The notes under the pieces were generated by a model. The model did no database searches, was not told the DNA's origin, and saw only the letters and a program-made list of their open reading frames with translations. Position numbers and translations under genes: made by a program. From Dudresnaya verticillata (lineage: Eukaryota): a stretch of 64,000 bases of DNA. Shown here piece after piece: positions 12,379 to 26,007 of this stretch (positions are counted from its first letter, which is position 1; every line of letters starts with the position of its first letter). The stretch lies in NCBI GenBank assembly GCA_977862235.1, contig OZ374566.1:62001-126000 (forward strand), in the 5' to 3' direction.

Positions 12379-14938
12379 GAATCGGGGTGCGCCATGGGTG
12401 CCTCCTCCACCATATCAGCTGGGGGCTCGCCAACCGCACCACCATCGACAGTCAGCACCCGCGCTGGGCGTTGCTGGTAGTTACCCGGCGGACGATTTCC
12501 CGTATTGGAGTTGGCGAGGGCCTGCCGTTTGAGGAGGAGCGCCTGATAGTTGCGCTCACGCTCTTCCATCAGGGGACCCCTTTCGGTGTCGCTCAGATAC
12601 GGACAAATTTCATGGTCCGGGGAGAGGCACAAGCGATAGTAGCCGCTTCCATAGAGGTGTCTGACATCCGGTGAGGTGTGATCCGTATGCTCTGCAGCAG
12701 GGGATTGTTTTCCAATACGGTGTTCACCCTGCCCTTGACGGGGAGGCGGGCTGCCGTGGGGGTGTCCAATATGGCTGGGATGCTGCCCGGTGGTCCCCTG
12801 ACGGTGTGTGGCGGGGCCGTAGCGGCTATCAGCCGGTCCGTAGCGGGGTTGTCGGGGTGGTGGCATCCGTGGCGCTGGTGGGCGAAGGTTGGGAGTCCGA
12901 GGCGGAGTAGGGTAGACACTACTTGGTGGGGAAGAGTACGCTGTAGTAACGTAACCCCCGACGAGGTGCCAGCGCTTCGACCCGCGCCACCTTCCAGGGC
13001 GAGCACGTGCTCCTCCGATTCAGCGGGATACTCCGAGTAGGTGTACTCCGATGGGGAACCAATCGACAGAACGCCAGAGCGTCGTGACTGACTCTTAGGT
13101 TTTCCATCGAAGACGTGCACCACTGAGGTTTGGCGTCTGGTTGCCGGATGGGATTCTCCAAGCCCTTTAGCGTAGCGGGTGATGGCTTGGTAATCCATAT
13201 GGGGGTGTGTCGCCAGATAATTGCGCATCTGCTGACACGTTCCCGGTAGGAGTCCTTCCACAAACAGCGACTTGAGGGACCTGTCGGAGAATACTGTACC
13301 GCATCGGAGTGCCTTAGTCCAAAGTTTGTTAGAGAATTGCTCTTCCGTTAAGGCGGACGTTTGTCGAAACGACGTTACGTCCGAATACCCTTCGGCAATC
13401 ACCTCATCGGTAGCATAAGTCCTTAGCAAAAAGTTCACCACTTCGGAGTAGGTGCGAAGCATCTCTGCTTGCTCCTCGTCGACCGCCATGGTGCCACCAG
13501 CGAGACGGGCCTGAAGCAAAGCTTCAGCCTGTCCACTTAAGAAAAACTGGAAACACCACAGTGCGGTTCCTTCCGAAATGGAGTTGATGTTACACGCGTC
13601 CTTGAACTTCGCGAGAAATCCAAGGACCGTGATGGGGTCTGTACCGTTAAAGGAGTGGGACTTCATTTGCACCTCCAGCTTTTTGCGGATACGTCCCATA
13701 TTCTGGGACAAGCTAGAGCTGTAGTATGAAATCTTTTTCTCCAGTCGGTATGTTCGGAAATCCAGCGCCTTCACGAACCTGTCGTTCAGGGGCCGGATCA
13801 CCTTTGGGAGTGGCCTATCGACCTCTCGGTGTTTGGCGTCGTGTTTTCTGGCCCGACGCCGCTCGTCCCTATCCGTATCGGAATAGCTCGTATCAGAGCC
13901 GGAGGAATGGGAGGAGTCATGCCCTTTTCGGCGCCTATGGCGCGACTTGCGCTTATTCTTCTTCCTATTGCGGTGTTGGCTATCATCAGATTCCGTACCG
14001 GAGTGTTCTTTGTCCCGTCGCGAAGCGCGTTTGCTCCGTTGCGAACGGTCACGTTCCTTATCGGAGTGGGAGTCCTTGGCCTTTCTGTCAGCACTGTCTC
14101 TACCACTCCGGTCTTGGTTTTTCTTGGAGTCACCATCGGAGTGCTCACTGCCTCTACGCGAAGCCACCGGCACGGTGATACGTTCCCCCGCAGGCACTTC
14201 TGCGGGTCCAGGTACCGTACTCCGATTCGGTTGGGGGTGGTGTGTTGGATCCAATTCGGTGTATTGAGTTTGGGTAGGTAACCCAGGGGCTGCCGCTGTC
14301 CTTACCGGATCGGGCGGAAACACCTGAGCGGGGATTTCTGGCATATACGTCGTTTCTTCCTTGACCGGGAAGTTGTTCCGTATCGGTGTAGGTCCAGAAA
14401 AGGGCTGCTCCTTGGGTCCCGGTAGTGGTTCGGGGATGAGCATCTGCTCGATCTCCGACGCCTGACGCTCCTGACGGATGAGCGTCTGTACCAACTCCGG
14501 AAGGTGTTTCTCCAGGTAGGAGCTAACAATGACCGGAACGGTGTCGGCGAGCGTGGTCTCAACCTCCTTGAACATGTTGGGTTGCACCTCTATACGGAGA
14601 TGCTCCAACACCCGTGGGATGACCTCCGAAAGTATCCAATGGACACGATTGGAGTCACCTGGCTTGGATACACCCTTGCGGGAAGTGTCTGAACCAGGTC
14701 GGGATCTAGAGAGCTTACTGGCTACTCCTTTAAGGAGTTCTTCGGGGTTCTCCATACCGGGGTTCAGGTCGGCAGCATCGCCACGGCGTGTTCTCGTGGC
14801 TGAGGCTACCTCCGGTTCGGTGGGCTCACTGCGGCGTGTTCTCGCAGTAGCGGGCACCTCCGGGACGGTGTTGTCGTCACCGCGGCGTGATCTCGCGGTT
14901 GACGGCACCTCACCTTGATCCGATACGGTAGGGTCCAT
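12354..14938 (-). CDS. gag: gag of element A; frameshifted near 12870-12960
   Basis: 781-aa ORF plus a 170-aa ORF between PBS and pol. The capsid-like core FNGTDPITVLGFL...FLLRTYAT is shared with the gags of B and C, and a basic/Ser-rich region precedes it. Confidence 0.85.
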
Positions 14939-15078
14939 GTTTTCTTCTATTCTTAGGTTACCAAAATGGAATCAACGAGTGTTTTGCCTTGTCCTGCCTT
15001 TACACCAATACGGAGTTGGCACAAAGCTGATCTCCTACCGAAGCGGAGTCCAACGGAGATTCTTCTACCTTGACGGTT

Positions 15079-15096
15079 TTCTGGGTCGGGAGACCA
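15079..15096 (-). promoter_or_regulatory. Primer-binding site of A (probably tRNA-Tyr-like)
   Basis: The minus strand reads TGGTCTCCCGACCCAGAA, 6 nt after the 5' LTR. B and C carry nearly the same PBS. The tRNA identity is inferred from recall of the ...CGGGAGACCA 3' end of yeast tRNA-Tyr. Confidence 0.8.
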
Positions 15097-15102
15097 AAAA
15101 GA

Positions 15103-15769
15103 TGTGGTGAAGTGAAAGGCACACCTGTAAGGAGAGCAGATCAGGCAATCCCAATAAGGAGTGATCTCACACGGCACCGGGGTGGTAGAGCTTAGTTCGT
15201 AAACCGAAGGGAGTACCTCGAGCGGCAACACCTGTAAGGAGTAAAGGGACGCAACAGACAAGGGGGACGGTACAGTGCCAGGACAGCTACACCGAGACGG
15301 AGGTAAGAGGAATCCGTGCACGGGGCTGGCGAGGGGAAACCGTAAAGGAGTATGAGGGTAAGGCTTAGGGTAAGTCACTTTGCCCAGGGTTGCGTACCCG
15401 TTTACTGTAGGACTCGCGGTGGCCACCCATTAATATACTGGGAGATACGCCCCGCGGTCCGGTCCGTGTGGGCCAGACCCCAATGGGTCTGGTCCACCAG
15501 GTGGGTCCGGCCCTACTGGTCCCGGTCACCGTTACGGACATGCTCGGCATTCTCATTGGCCGGCTGACACTACGTACTGTACAGAATGATTATAATTACC
15601 TAATTACAAATAAATCAACTGCTTGACTTGGTACGCGCAGACTCCAGCAGGGCATACAGTGTTACTGTGTCACTGCACTCCGCTTCGGCTTTTGGCGTCA
15701 GCTCACCGGTGCGCCGGCCGTGAGTCGGCTCAACTGCCGTCCGCACTCCGAAACGGCCGCTTCACCACA
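15103..15769 (-). repeat. 5' LTR of element A (667 bp)
   Basis: Copy of 4042-4716, adjacent to the PBS and followed by the TSD ACGGA. Confidence 0.97.
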
Positions 15770-16546
15770 ACGGACAGCTGGCCTGACTTTCCTTAACGGA
15801 CGAGAGCAACACTACCTCCACGGGGTGGTAGAGCAGTTCGCACCGAGACGGGAGAACAGCGAGCGGCTAACCGAGACGGATATTGGGAAGCAACAGACAA
15901 GGGGGTGGTACAAGTGCCGGGACGGACTCCGTAACGGTGGTGGTGGTAGACCGCAACGGGTTCGGCGCGGGGAAAACCGTAAAGGATTGGGCTAAGGTTG
16001 CTTACCCGTTTACCTTAGGAGCCGCTGCGGTGCCGCCCTGATATACAAGTCAGGGTGGCACCGAGCGGTCCGGTCCGTGGGGCCCAGACCCTAGTGCTCT
16101 GGTCCTATGGTGGAATCGGCCCTGCTGGTCCCAATCTCCGACACGGACATGCGCAGCATTCTCATGGGCTGGCGCACTACTCTACATACTTTACAGATAC
16201 TCACTAAAAATAAAGCATAAACACTACAAATACTCCGCTTCGGTTGGTGCGCTCCAGTACTGTACAACAATGCGTACCAGCGTACAGCAATGCGCACAAC
16301 ATCCGACACGGTTACACGTTGCCAGATCATCAGCGTGGCGTATTGCCACATCACCCGTTACGGTTGGCTCGCCGTCGGCGTGCCGCGTGCGCGCCACGGC
16401 TCACTTCACCACAGACCTCCCTCCTTAAATGGCGCCACGTCCTCTGGCGCCCACCGTCACGGATTACCTTTGCTTCCACACCCACACACAACCGATACGG
16501 TTATCTTCCTCAACTCTTCCTCCTCTTTCGTGCGCCCGCTTCCAAG

Positions 16547-18523
16547 ATGGCAGGGGAGAAGAGCAAGCGCTCCACTTCCCCCTTTCAACGGACACGACGT
16601 ACCCGCGCGAGCTCAGCGGCGAGAGCGCCGGGTGCGCCTACCGTTACGGATGCTTCGACTCAAGCGCAGGCCTCGGCCTCGGCGGATGTAGCACCACGCA
16701 CGAAGAGTTGTCGCGTGGGTGTTACCGCAGCGGAATCATCACAGGCACCATCGGCGGGCCGCGGCTGGTCTGTCTACGATCCGAATCGGTTTGCTGCGAG
16801 TGCAGCCACAAGGACCGTGCTACCAGGGAGTGCAGCGATCAACCGTGACGGAGAGGCGCCAACCAAGGACCGCGATGATGCGTTCCGTCGTGGTGGCGAG
16901 GAGCTCAGCTTGGCAGACCTACCGGCCATTCCGTTACGGACACCATCGACACCGGTATCGACGCCGAGTCGTAGGATGGTGTCTAGTCCACATCCTTCCT
17001 CAAGTACACCGAAACGGATGCGTGGGCCCCCGCAAATCAATCCACTTGCACCGGGGCCTTGGTGGCCGGCGGTTCATACCCGTGACGGAGAGTGCGCTGC
17101 CCCGAGTGATTATTGGCCGGGGCAACACTTTGATCATCGCGCGGGGCGCCCGGCTAGAACCGATGCGGAGAGGGCAAAGATGAAGCCCCCGATGACGGTG
17201 GATCTCTTCATTGAGAAATATCCAACCGTCTTGGAAGCAAGAAGGTACAAGGCCGTCATGGCTCAACCCTTCAAGGCGAATCAACGCATTGGCGTTGTTC
17301 CGAATCGGAGAGAATTTGTACGGAAAAGCCGATGGGTTCATGGCTATTGCCAAGCGCGGACCTCTACCGTTTCGGATTTGTTGTGGTATCGCTGCCATGG
17401 GGAGGTAGGATATACCGCAAAGGTGAGTCACCTGTTGGCCAAAGGTTTCCGTCTGCGGGGTGCGCCGGTCGGAGTGCAATTCATTTGCTTCGACCGCCCC
17501 TATGACCAGTCGGTATATTGGTTCCGCTATGCCGACGGGTGGAAGGACGATGCCGCGACGGAGCACCGTTTGCGAACTCGTTCCCGTGACGGAATGCAAG
17601 TTGGCTCACCAATCCTGCATACGTGGAACACTAAGGAGTTATTCCATCTTCCTTATCGGGTGCGTCGTGAATTGTACCTTACAGCTCCGTCATGGTAGGA
17701 TCGTTATGAGGTGACCCGTTGGTTGTCTGTCCCCACGCCTTCCGTCGTGGCATACTTTTCGGCGGACCTACTCACCGAACGGGAGTGGAATTACAAGCAT
17801 CCGAACGGAGAGCGTCCCCCGAATCAAGATCAGCTCGATGTACTGTGGCCATCTTCCGATCGGAATGGGCAATGCTGGTGCTCTTCTCGTGGCTCCAGGT
17901 GGCCTATTACGGAGTACGGTATAACACCAAGTTAGCCGACTGGCGATGCTTCCCACGGGATGAGGATGACCTGCCCGGAGGAGACTGTGGCCGTATTTTT
18001 CAACTTCCCGTAACGGTGATGGCCCTAATTCGCCAAGTCGGCGTAGCCGATTTGGTGACGGGGTCGGCGTACCCTCTCCATCGGGTGGAGCGTCTTTTAT
18101 CCGTACACGGAGAGCAGAATTGGCAACGCACTCCGGGCTTCTTGGGGTATAGTTGGGACAAGGACCGTGTCCTATCGGTGCCCCCGCTTAGGCCCGGAGT
18201 GGGTGAGCCATATTTCCTTCATCGAGAAGATCCGCGTCCGGAATAGTTGGCCTTAGAGGAGTAGGCCCATCGTGGCTATGCTCCTCGCCAAGCACCAAGG
18301 GATGCGTACCGTGACGGTTTAGACGGGGCTGAAGATTGGGGGAGCTGTCAGGAGGCAGCGGGGCGTTCGCGTACAATCGACCCGCGCGATTCCGTTACGG
18401 TGAGGAAGCAAGAAGCAGACCCTTTCTTGGAAGAACAGGAGGAGATCATGCCCGTCGCATCAATGGCAGCGGGTAGCGAGAAGACACCCGCTCCAATCCT
18501 TCCGGTGGTCGCGACGCCTACGT
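16547..18523 (+). pseudogene. Antisense accessory ORF of element A', decayed and truncated
   Basis: Homologous to the A antisense ORF (RKSRWVH, EHRLRTR, LHTWNT, SEWAMLVLFSWLQV, GGDCGRIF). Stop at 17696, frameshift at about 17850, stop at 18244. Confidence 0.85.
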
Positions 18524-18596
18524 CGCCATGGGCGTCGCTACCCACCGAGCCCCGAACTGCTCGGCGGTGTTCCGTCAAGGACGTTTGCACTACAAC

Positions 18597-18614
18597 TGGT
18601 CTCCCGACCTAGAA
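18597..18614 (+). promoter_or_regulatory. Primer-binding site of B
   Basis: TGGTCTCCCGACCTAGAA lies 2 nt after the LTR end ...GCACTACA. Confidence 0.85.
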
Positions 18615-18721
18615 TTGTGCTACGTTTCAACAAGTTACTCCGTCGTGCGACGTCCGACCTTCCGTCTCTAGACGTCCGTCGCTAATCGTCCACGACGTTC
18701 AAGCAACTCTACGACTGCATT

Positions 18722-21276
18722 ATGGCCTCACGATCGCCGCCGTCGCGAGGCCCCAGTTCAAGAAGACCGTCATCCACGCCGGGGAGTGTCCCCGCGTCGG
18801 AGCGGTCGCTACAGCGGATGACAACGAGGTCTGGGCGCCTCGTGAGCCCCGAGATCGCATTGGCCTTTCCGACCGGTCCTGGCCATGATCACTCCCATAT
18901 ATCGCTCAAGAGGGGAGATATACCTCCCCCGCCGATACCCGTCGTCATCCGTACCACCGTTCCCAATGAATCGGCCCTCCGAACCTACCACTCGCATGTG
19001 GATTCCGCTGACACGGTACAAGCCGAAGAGCGACCCGTCGAGGACGGAGCCCAAGCCGACATCGTCGTGGACCAGCCGGAAGTTCCGGTCCACCAACCAA
19101 CCTTACCCGTCGAAGACGACCAAGAACGCCCTGCGGGGCGAAACGTCATAGACGAATCACCAATCCCAAGGGGCTGCTGCCCCTCACCCCACGGCAGTGC
19201 CGGATGTTCACCGGCCAGGCCGTTAGCGCAACCGCGCAGCACGGGAGGTCCACCGCAGGCGTCGACCCCCGCGCGCACACCGCCAGTGGCGTCCCCAGCC
19301 TCCGCCCGCGTTAGTAATCTCACGATACCTCGCGAGCGGATCCGGGAAGTATGCGTCGCTGAAGAAGGTAACTTACTCGCTCGATTCGCGGAGATGCTCG
19401 ACGATAATGTCGGAGGTATCTTCAGCCGTCTATAGACGATGGAAGAAGATCGGGACGGTGCTCTTCAAGGACTCCGTTCCGACCTCGACCGTCTGATGAC
19501 GAACCCCAACCATGGAATAGATGCTCAGCAGCCAACCGCATTGACGGTCCATTCCCAGTCGGAACTGAGTTCACGCGAACGCTTTCAATGATTGGCGACC
19601 CGCTTGGAGCGACTGGAAACCACCAAATGGCGCCAAGGGCTGCCATCTGATGACAATAGTTCCGAGGAAGACCGTCGCCGACGCAAGGATCGTAAGAGAC
19701 GAGGCAAGAATCGCCACAAGTCGCGTCATGGACGGAAGAAGAACCGTCAGCGACGGGGGGACTCATCCCCATCCTCTTCGGACACGTCTAGTGACGACTG
19801 GTCAACAGGCTCCTCGTCTGACGACGACGACCGCATGGCTCACAGCAGTGCCATGCGGCCCCGCGGAAAGCGAAACAAGGGACTGAAGGAGCTGAGCCCC
19901 TCCAATCCGCTCTTCGATCAGTTTCTATCGTACCGCACATACCGTCTTCAAGACGTGGGTCAGAAACGATCTGGACGCGAAACCGGAAAGGTCAAAGACC
20001 ATATCAAGCGACTCGAGTTAACAATGAAGGACGCCGCCTTCAACGGCAGCGACCCCGTCATGGTCCTCGAGTTTTTAACGCGGTTCGCGGACGAAGCGGA
20101 CACGCTAGAGATGAGCGAAGCACAAGCGTTCGTCGCGCTGCCGTACTTCTTACGAGGTACGGCAGCCACGCAGTTCCGCTCCGTCAAATCGACGTCCTCA
20201 CGCCACCGCGGCGGCGTATCATCGTACCCGGAGGCGGTGCACTACCTCCTCCACACGTACGCCACGCCTTCGGCGATTCGAGACGCTTTCCTCGCCCTGC
20301 GGTCGACTAGTCAGAAGGAGGGCGAAGACGAAACGACTTACGGCATGAGACTCGCCGGCGCATGTATTCGTTGCGGTAACGTTTATCCTGAAGGGGAGAA
20401 GATGATAATGTACATCGATGGGTTAGACCCGACGATCAGGTCCTTGGTGGCCCGCTTACGCGAAGAAACGCCGAGGGTGGAGTTATATTTTGAACGTTTA
20501 GTCCACTTCGCGCAGGACGAAGGTGACGCGCAACGCGCAAGACACGGCAGGGCCGGCTCGACGTCAGTAAGACGGGATATAATGGCCCCGGCCCAAGCCG
20601 CTCGCGCATTGCACCCCGCCATTGGCGGCAATCGAACGGTTCTACGTCAACAGACGAGGGGCACGAAGCCTGCCGCACGCACGATGATAGCGGAGTCTTC
20701 CGTCGAGTTCCTTGATGTCACCCGTCATGCGGACGATATGGAAACGCACGCCGATGCGATCTCTATTTGGCCGATTAACAAGCGTCAGTGCTAACTTCAG
20801 CGTTACCAACGGACAGCTACGTCGAAGACGAGGAAACAGGGGCAATGGATCCTACACTCGCCTTTGGGCGTTCCGTTGTGCCCGCACCACGCGTTCCGTA
20901 CTCGGATTATGCCCCCCATGTCCATCGGGCGAGGCCAGGTTGGCAAGACAGGGGTCCGTTCCGTCAAGACGCTCGCAGACAATTGATCTGTTACCAGTGT
21001 TATGCCCGTGGCCACATCGCACCGGACTGCTTCCTCCGCATGAGCGAGTATATGAAAGTGATCGCCAACTATGAAGGCTTAACAGACGCCGAGAAGGCGG
21101 GAGTCCCCGCTGATGCGTACACTCGGTACAAAGAATGCGCTGCGCGCGAAGCAGCACGCCGTGCAGCACGACCACCGTCGCCACGGGGCGGACCTATGCC
21201 GCATGCAGCAGAACGTCATCCGACAGTGATCAATCGCTACACAGCGCCGCTACAACCGCCGCAGGCGAAAAACTAA
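18722..21276 (+). pseudogene. gag: gag of element B, frameshifted
   Basis: ORFs 18722..19435, 19592..20794 and 20788..21276. Capsid-like FNGSDPVMVLEFL...YLLHTYAT and the zinc knuckle CYQCYARGHIAPDC are present. Confidence 0.9.
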
Positions 21277-24200
21277 TGAGGGTACCAACTCCTGACACTA
21301 GGGTGTCGCACCAAGCAGAGAGGCTTCCACCTCGGGTGCTGACATGGAAGGAGGACCCGAAAGTAGTTAACAAATACGCCGAGAGCCGGGTAGACTCGTC
21401 ACAGACGTCCTTGAAGCGCCCATGGCGTAGGTAACAGCCCCCACAAGCCCGGGGACAGTTGTCGTAATGGCCAAAAGGAACTACAAAGTATACGCCGATC
21501 TAGGCGTAACTGTAGGTACCTTGGCACGTAAACGCACTGTCTTTGACACGGGGGCTGGTCCGAATTTCATTCGTATTGACGATATTCCGCTAGAAGCGCG
21601 ATCACGGATCGTATCCAAGAATCTCCCCGTCATATCAGACGCTAACAACAAGGCGATTCAGACCCGAGGCAATATCGACTTATTCGTACGTCTCGGACGA
21701 ACGGTTGTCAAGTTGGAGTTGATCGTCTGTGAACGGCTCGCTGCGCCGGTTATACTCGGTTGCGACTTTTGCGACCGCTTTGTCGAAGCGATTTATCCGC
21801 GGAGTCGCGAGATTGAGTTGGACGCTGGGACTCGTGTCCCTATAACGCGCTGCCCGCTGCGCCGGCCCCCCTTCGTACCCCCGTTGCCAACGGAACAAGA
21901 GTACGGCACGGCCAAAGGGCGAACGTCGCCCAAGATACGCGCTGCGGAACGAACAATCATCCCGCCACAGGCGCAGAAGTGGGTCTCGGTAACGACCGAG
22001 CGAGCAGGGGTCATTACCATCCAACCGTTTGGAACGTTATATGATCGGCAAGTTTTAGACGTTACTAACGGGGTCGCTCAAGTAGAGCCGCGGAGAGTGT
22101 TCCGGATTCTCGTCGCAAATTTTTCCCCGCGTCCGCAAGCGCTCGTCAAAGGACAAGTCGTCGCTACCGCGTTGCCACATCCCACAGCAGTGTTCCCCAG
22201 TCACATAATTCTGGCCGATGTCCTATGTATCACCGAGGAGCAGGCAGCGGAGGAAGAAGCGAATCAAGAATTTCCGATTTCAAACGAATGATGGAGTAAC
22301 GGCGCAGCCGGAAAAATTCGCTAAGTCGATCGAAGCAACTGTAGCGAAACCTCCGTCAGTGGACGAGTTGGACCTCTCTCAGCCGAACATCAAGGACGGC
22401 TGAAGGAGATGCTGCGTAGGTACGCGTCGATGTGGGACGGTTCCTTAGGAGAAATCGCAACCACGGAGAACTATATTGACTTGCTCCCCGGCTCCAGGCC
22501 GATTTCATCCCCGCCTACCGCGCTGGCCCAAAGCAAAGGCAACTAGCTCAAGCGGAGGTGGATCGCATGTTGCGTCAGGGGGTTATCGAACCCGCACAAT
22601 CGCCATGGGCGTCGCCGGTCGTCTTTGCTCCCAAGAAGGACGGTACACTCCGCTTCTGCGTTGACCACCGTCGCTTGAACGCGGTAACGGTACGAGATAC
22701 GTACCCTCTCCCGCGAATCGACGAATGTATTGACAGCCTAGGGGAAGCGAACGTCTTCACCACCCTAGACTGCAATAGTGGTTACTGGCAGGTGCTCATC
22801 AATCCGCGAGATCGCGGCAAGACGGCGTTCAAGTGCCATGCCGGATCGTTCCGCTACAGGCGTATGCCCTTCGGACTTACTAACGCACCGGCCACGTTTC
22901 AACGGACCCTCGATATCCTGCTTGCTGGTTACAAGTGGCGCTCATGCCTCGTCTACCTTGCTGATGTGATCATCTTCTCGAACGATATCGACAGTCACTT
23001 CCGTCATGTTGACGAGATCTTTTCGACCTTGCATCGGGCCGGGGTGACATTGAAGTTAACCCAGTGCGACTTCTTCACCCCGACCGTCAACTATCTAGGC
23101 CATGTGATACGTCCGGGACTATTGGAAGTCGACCGTACGGTCACAGCCGCGTTACGCGAAGCCAAGCATCCGCGGGAACAGAAGGAATTACGGAGCTTTC
23201 TCGGATTGTGCAACGTCTATAGACGGTTTGTATCGCGATACGCGCATGTCGCCGCCCCCCTCAACAAATGTTTGAGGAAAGAGCAAGACTTCCGGTTACA
23301 ACCGTTCACCGAGGAGCAAGCTCGGGCATTCAGCACGCTTGTCGAAGCGGTGACTCACCCGCCCATCCTGGCGTTGCCACAGCAAGGACTACCGTACTCC
23401 ATCGATTGTGACGCGGGTGAATACCAAGTTGGCTGCGCACTCTTTCAAACGCAGCCTGACGGCGAACGGAAGCCGCTTGGATTCTGGTCACTCTCGTTAA
23501 CCGCTCCGGAGCGTAACTACTTGGTATCCGAAAAGGAATGCCTAGCAGTAGTCTGGTCGATCACGATGTTGAGACCGTATCTTCAGATGGAGTCCTTCGT
23601 AGTCCATACGGACCATTCGTCGTTGAGGTGGCTCCTGGAAATCAACGACCCCTCGGGACGGTTAATGAGATGGCGCCTTCGCCTCTCGGAATTCGACTTC
23701 GTCGTGAAGTATAAAAAGGGATACCTGAATACTCAGGCAGATGCCCTCTCACGTCTACAGACGAACGGCGAAACTGTCGAACCAATCGACGATGATATCC
23801 CGTGTTACCACGGAAGTTGCGTCACGGACGAGGATCACTCATTAGGGGATGGCTACGCTCGCGCAGAGAGCGATGTGTCAAACGCCAAGGGCAAAGTCGA
23901 TTTCTTCGAACGAGAGTTCGAGGAGTTTGACCAGATGTTGGTTACCAGCGCGCCACCGGCGGATGAAGTGCTCCTCCGTCAATTGACACAAGAAGAGTTG
24001 GTTCATGCTCAGGTCAGTGATCGATACTGTTCCGAGATCCGGAAACGTCTGGACGACGGAGACACCCTACCGTTTGCAACGGATGAACAGGGACTATTGG
24101 TTCGGACCGTCGAGGCCCGACCCCAAGTCGTTGTACCATCCGCGTTACGCGTTCGATTGCTCCATCTCCGGCATCACGCTAAATTAGCAGGACATCCCGG

Positions 24201-26007
24201 AGGGCGGAAGCTGTACTATACGCTTCGACGCGAGTATTATTGGCTGTCTATGTCGGTGGATTGTTACGCGACCGTCCGCAATTTCGTTACCTGCGCGAAG
24301 AACCGAGTACTGATGCGAAAGAACGTGAAGGAGATGAAACTGTTCCTGGTAACCGAGCCTCTGGAGTTTGTGTCCATCGATGTTCTCGGGGAGCTCATAC
24401 GCACTAAGCGGGGGAATAAGTTCCTACTCGTCATCGTGGACAGCTTCTCGAAGCTGGTCCGGACGGTTCCCTTACGTAATATTACGGCATTGGAAATCGC
24501 TAAGGCGTTTGTTCGACACTGGGTGTTTGTGTACGGCCCACCCAAGAAGCTGCTGTCCGAAAATGGGCCGCAATTTGTAGCCAAGTTGTTCCAGGACGTC
24601 TGCCACATCTTAGGGGTGGAGCATCTCTTCACCACTACGTACCATCCGCAGTGTAACGGCCAAGTGGAACAATTCAATCGAACCATCCTCACCTCCCTGC
24701 GTCACTCCGTAGCAGACTACCCCAAGGACTGGGATTTCTTCACCAATGCCCTGAAGTTCGCGTACAATACGCAACTGCACTCGTCTACCCACCTCGCTCC
24801 ATTCGAGCTGGTGCTCTCTAAGCCCCCGCGGCCATTGTCACTGGAAGCGGAGCCGTCGCTTGAAAGCGTACCCACTGCCGGACATTACTGGACCAAATGG
24901 CGAACCTGGCTGTCCGCATTGATGGGAACCGCTAAAGCGTCGCTCGAGAAGACGCAGGCGCGCTACAAACAGAACTTCGATGCTCGTCTGAGGAAATCGA
25001 AGGAGAAAATCGCCGTGGGCGACTTTGCATTCCTACGGAAGGAATACTTCGCCCGCGGCGGGAGCACCGATCGCTCAGAGCGCAAACACAAGCTCGCGCC
25101 TGTAGCGGATGGACCGTATCGAGTAACCCACGTCAACGACGAGACAGTCACCGTCGACAAGGGCCGTGGAGAACGTGAACGTTTATCCCGGGACCGAGTT
25201 GTATGGGCGCCAACCCCACCAGGGCACACCGCCCCCGCAACCGTGCAGCCACCGGGACCACCTCACGTACCAGGGCCCACTTCCCCCGCGTCAACCGACG
25301 AAGGAGCAGACACCCCAGACACGCCACAGGCGGACCCGGCAGGAGGCACGGGGACACCGCGAAGCACGGACGACTCGCAGGAGCGAATGAATGCAACGCC
25401 GCGAAGTCGCGGGTTAGCAGAGCTCTCTCCCTTCGCCGCCAACACCAACGACGGTTTCTCGCAATCCGTCTCTGGCGAGGAGGAGGGTACAGGCATCCGT
25501 ACGCGAATGGGACACGCAACCTCGGCTTCGCCGGCTACCAATGTAGGTCCCGCTTCGAGCGCATCGACTGCCGATGAGGAAGACCGCGCTAACGCGAAGG
25601 ACGCCACTAGAAGCGAGGACCCAGTACTCAAAAGCGAAGAACCAAAACCCGCTGCGCCAGCGCCCGGGGCACCGACCCAGCGCCTTAGGCGATCGATTAG
25701 TCGAGTACGGTTTGCAGAACCGGTGCAGACGCCCATCACGCAACAAAGCGAACCGCCCAAGGCGTTCCAACGGCAGGAGCCCACGTCGACCGCTGCAAGC
25801 GAGAAGGAGTACGTTATCGAACGGGTTGAGTCGCACGCACACGCGGAAGACGATGAAATACTCTACCGCGTCAAGTGGTTTGGATACCCCGCTTCAGCGA
25901 ATACCTGGGAACCAGTGTCCAGTCTACCACGATCGCACGTCGTGCGGTATCACCGTCAGAAGCTCACGCGTCTGCCACCAAACATTGACGACGCGCAACG
26001 CGGATAA
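21267..26007 (+). pseudogene. pol: pol of element B: PR, RT, RH, IN, chromodomain
   Basis: FDTGAGPN (PR) and a 1149-aa ORF with RT (the catalytic motif reads YLAD rather than YLDD), RNase H, HHAKLAGHPG integrase and an EYVIERVESH...VKWFGY chromodomain. Frameshifts at about 21450 and 22290-22550. Confidence 0.95.

Larger units (their letters stand above)
4042..15769 (-). mobile_element. Full-length chromodomain Ty3/Gypsy LTR retrotransposon (element A) with an extra antisense ORF
   Basis: Two near-identical LTRs with TGTGGTGAAG...CTTCACCACA termini. 5-bp TSD ACGGA at 4037-4041 and 15770-15774. PBS and PPT present. Domain order gag-PR-RT-RH-IN-chromodomain. Confidence 0.97.
4006..18523 (-). 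mobile_element. Gypsy element A' remnant: 3' LTR (4006-4041 plus 15770-16413) split by element A, then PPT and antisense ORF, truncated at about 18523
   Basis: The LTR starts TGTGGT at 4006 and ends CTTCACCACA at 16413. Bases 15800-16200 visibly resemble the A LTR. The reverse PPT GACCTCCCTCCTTAAATGGCG follows at 16414, matching that of A. Confidence 0.8.
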
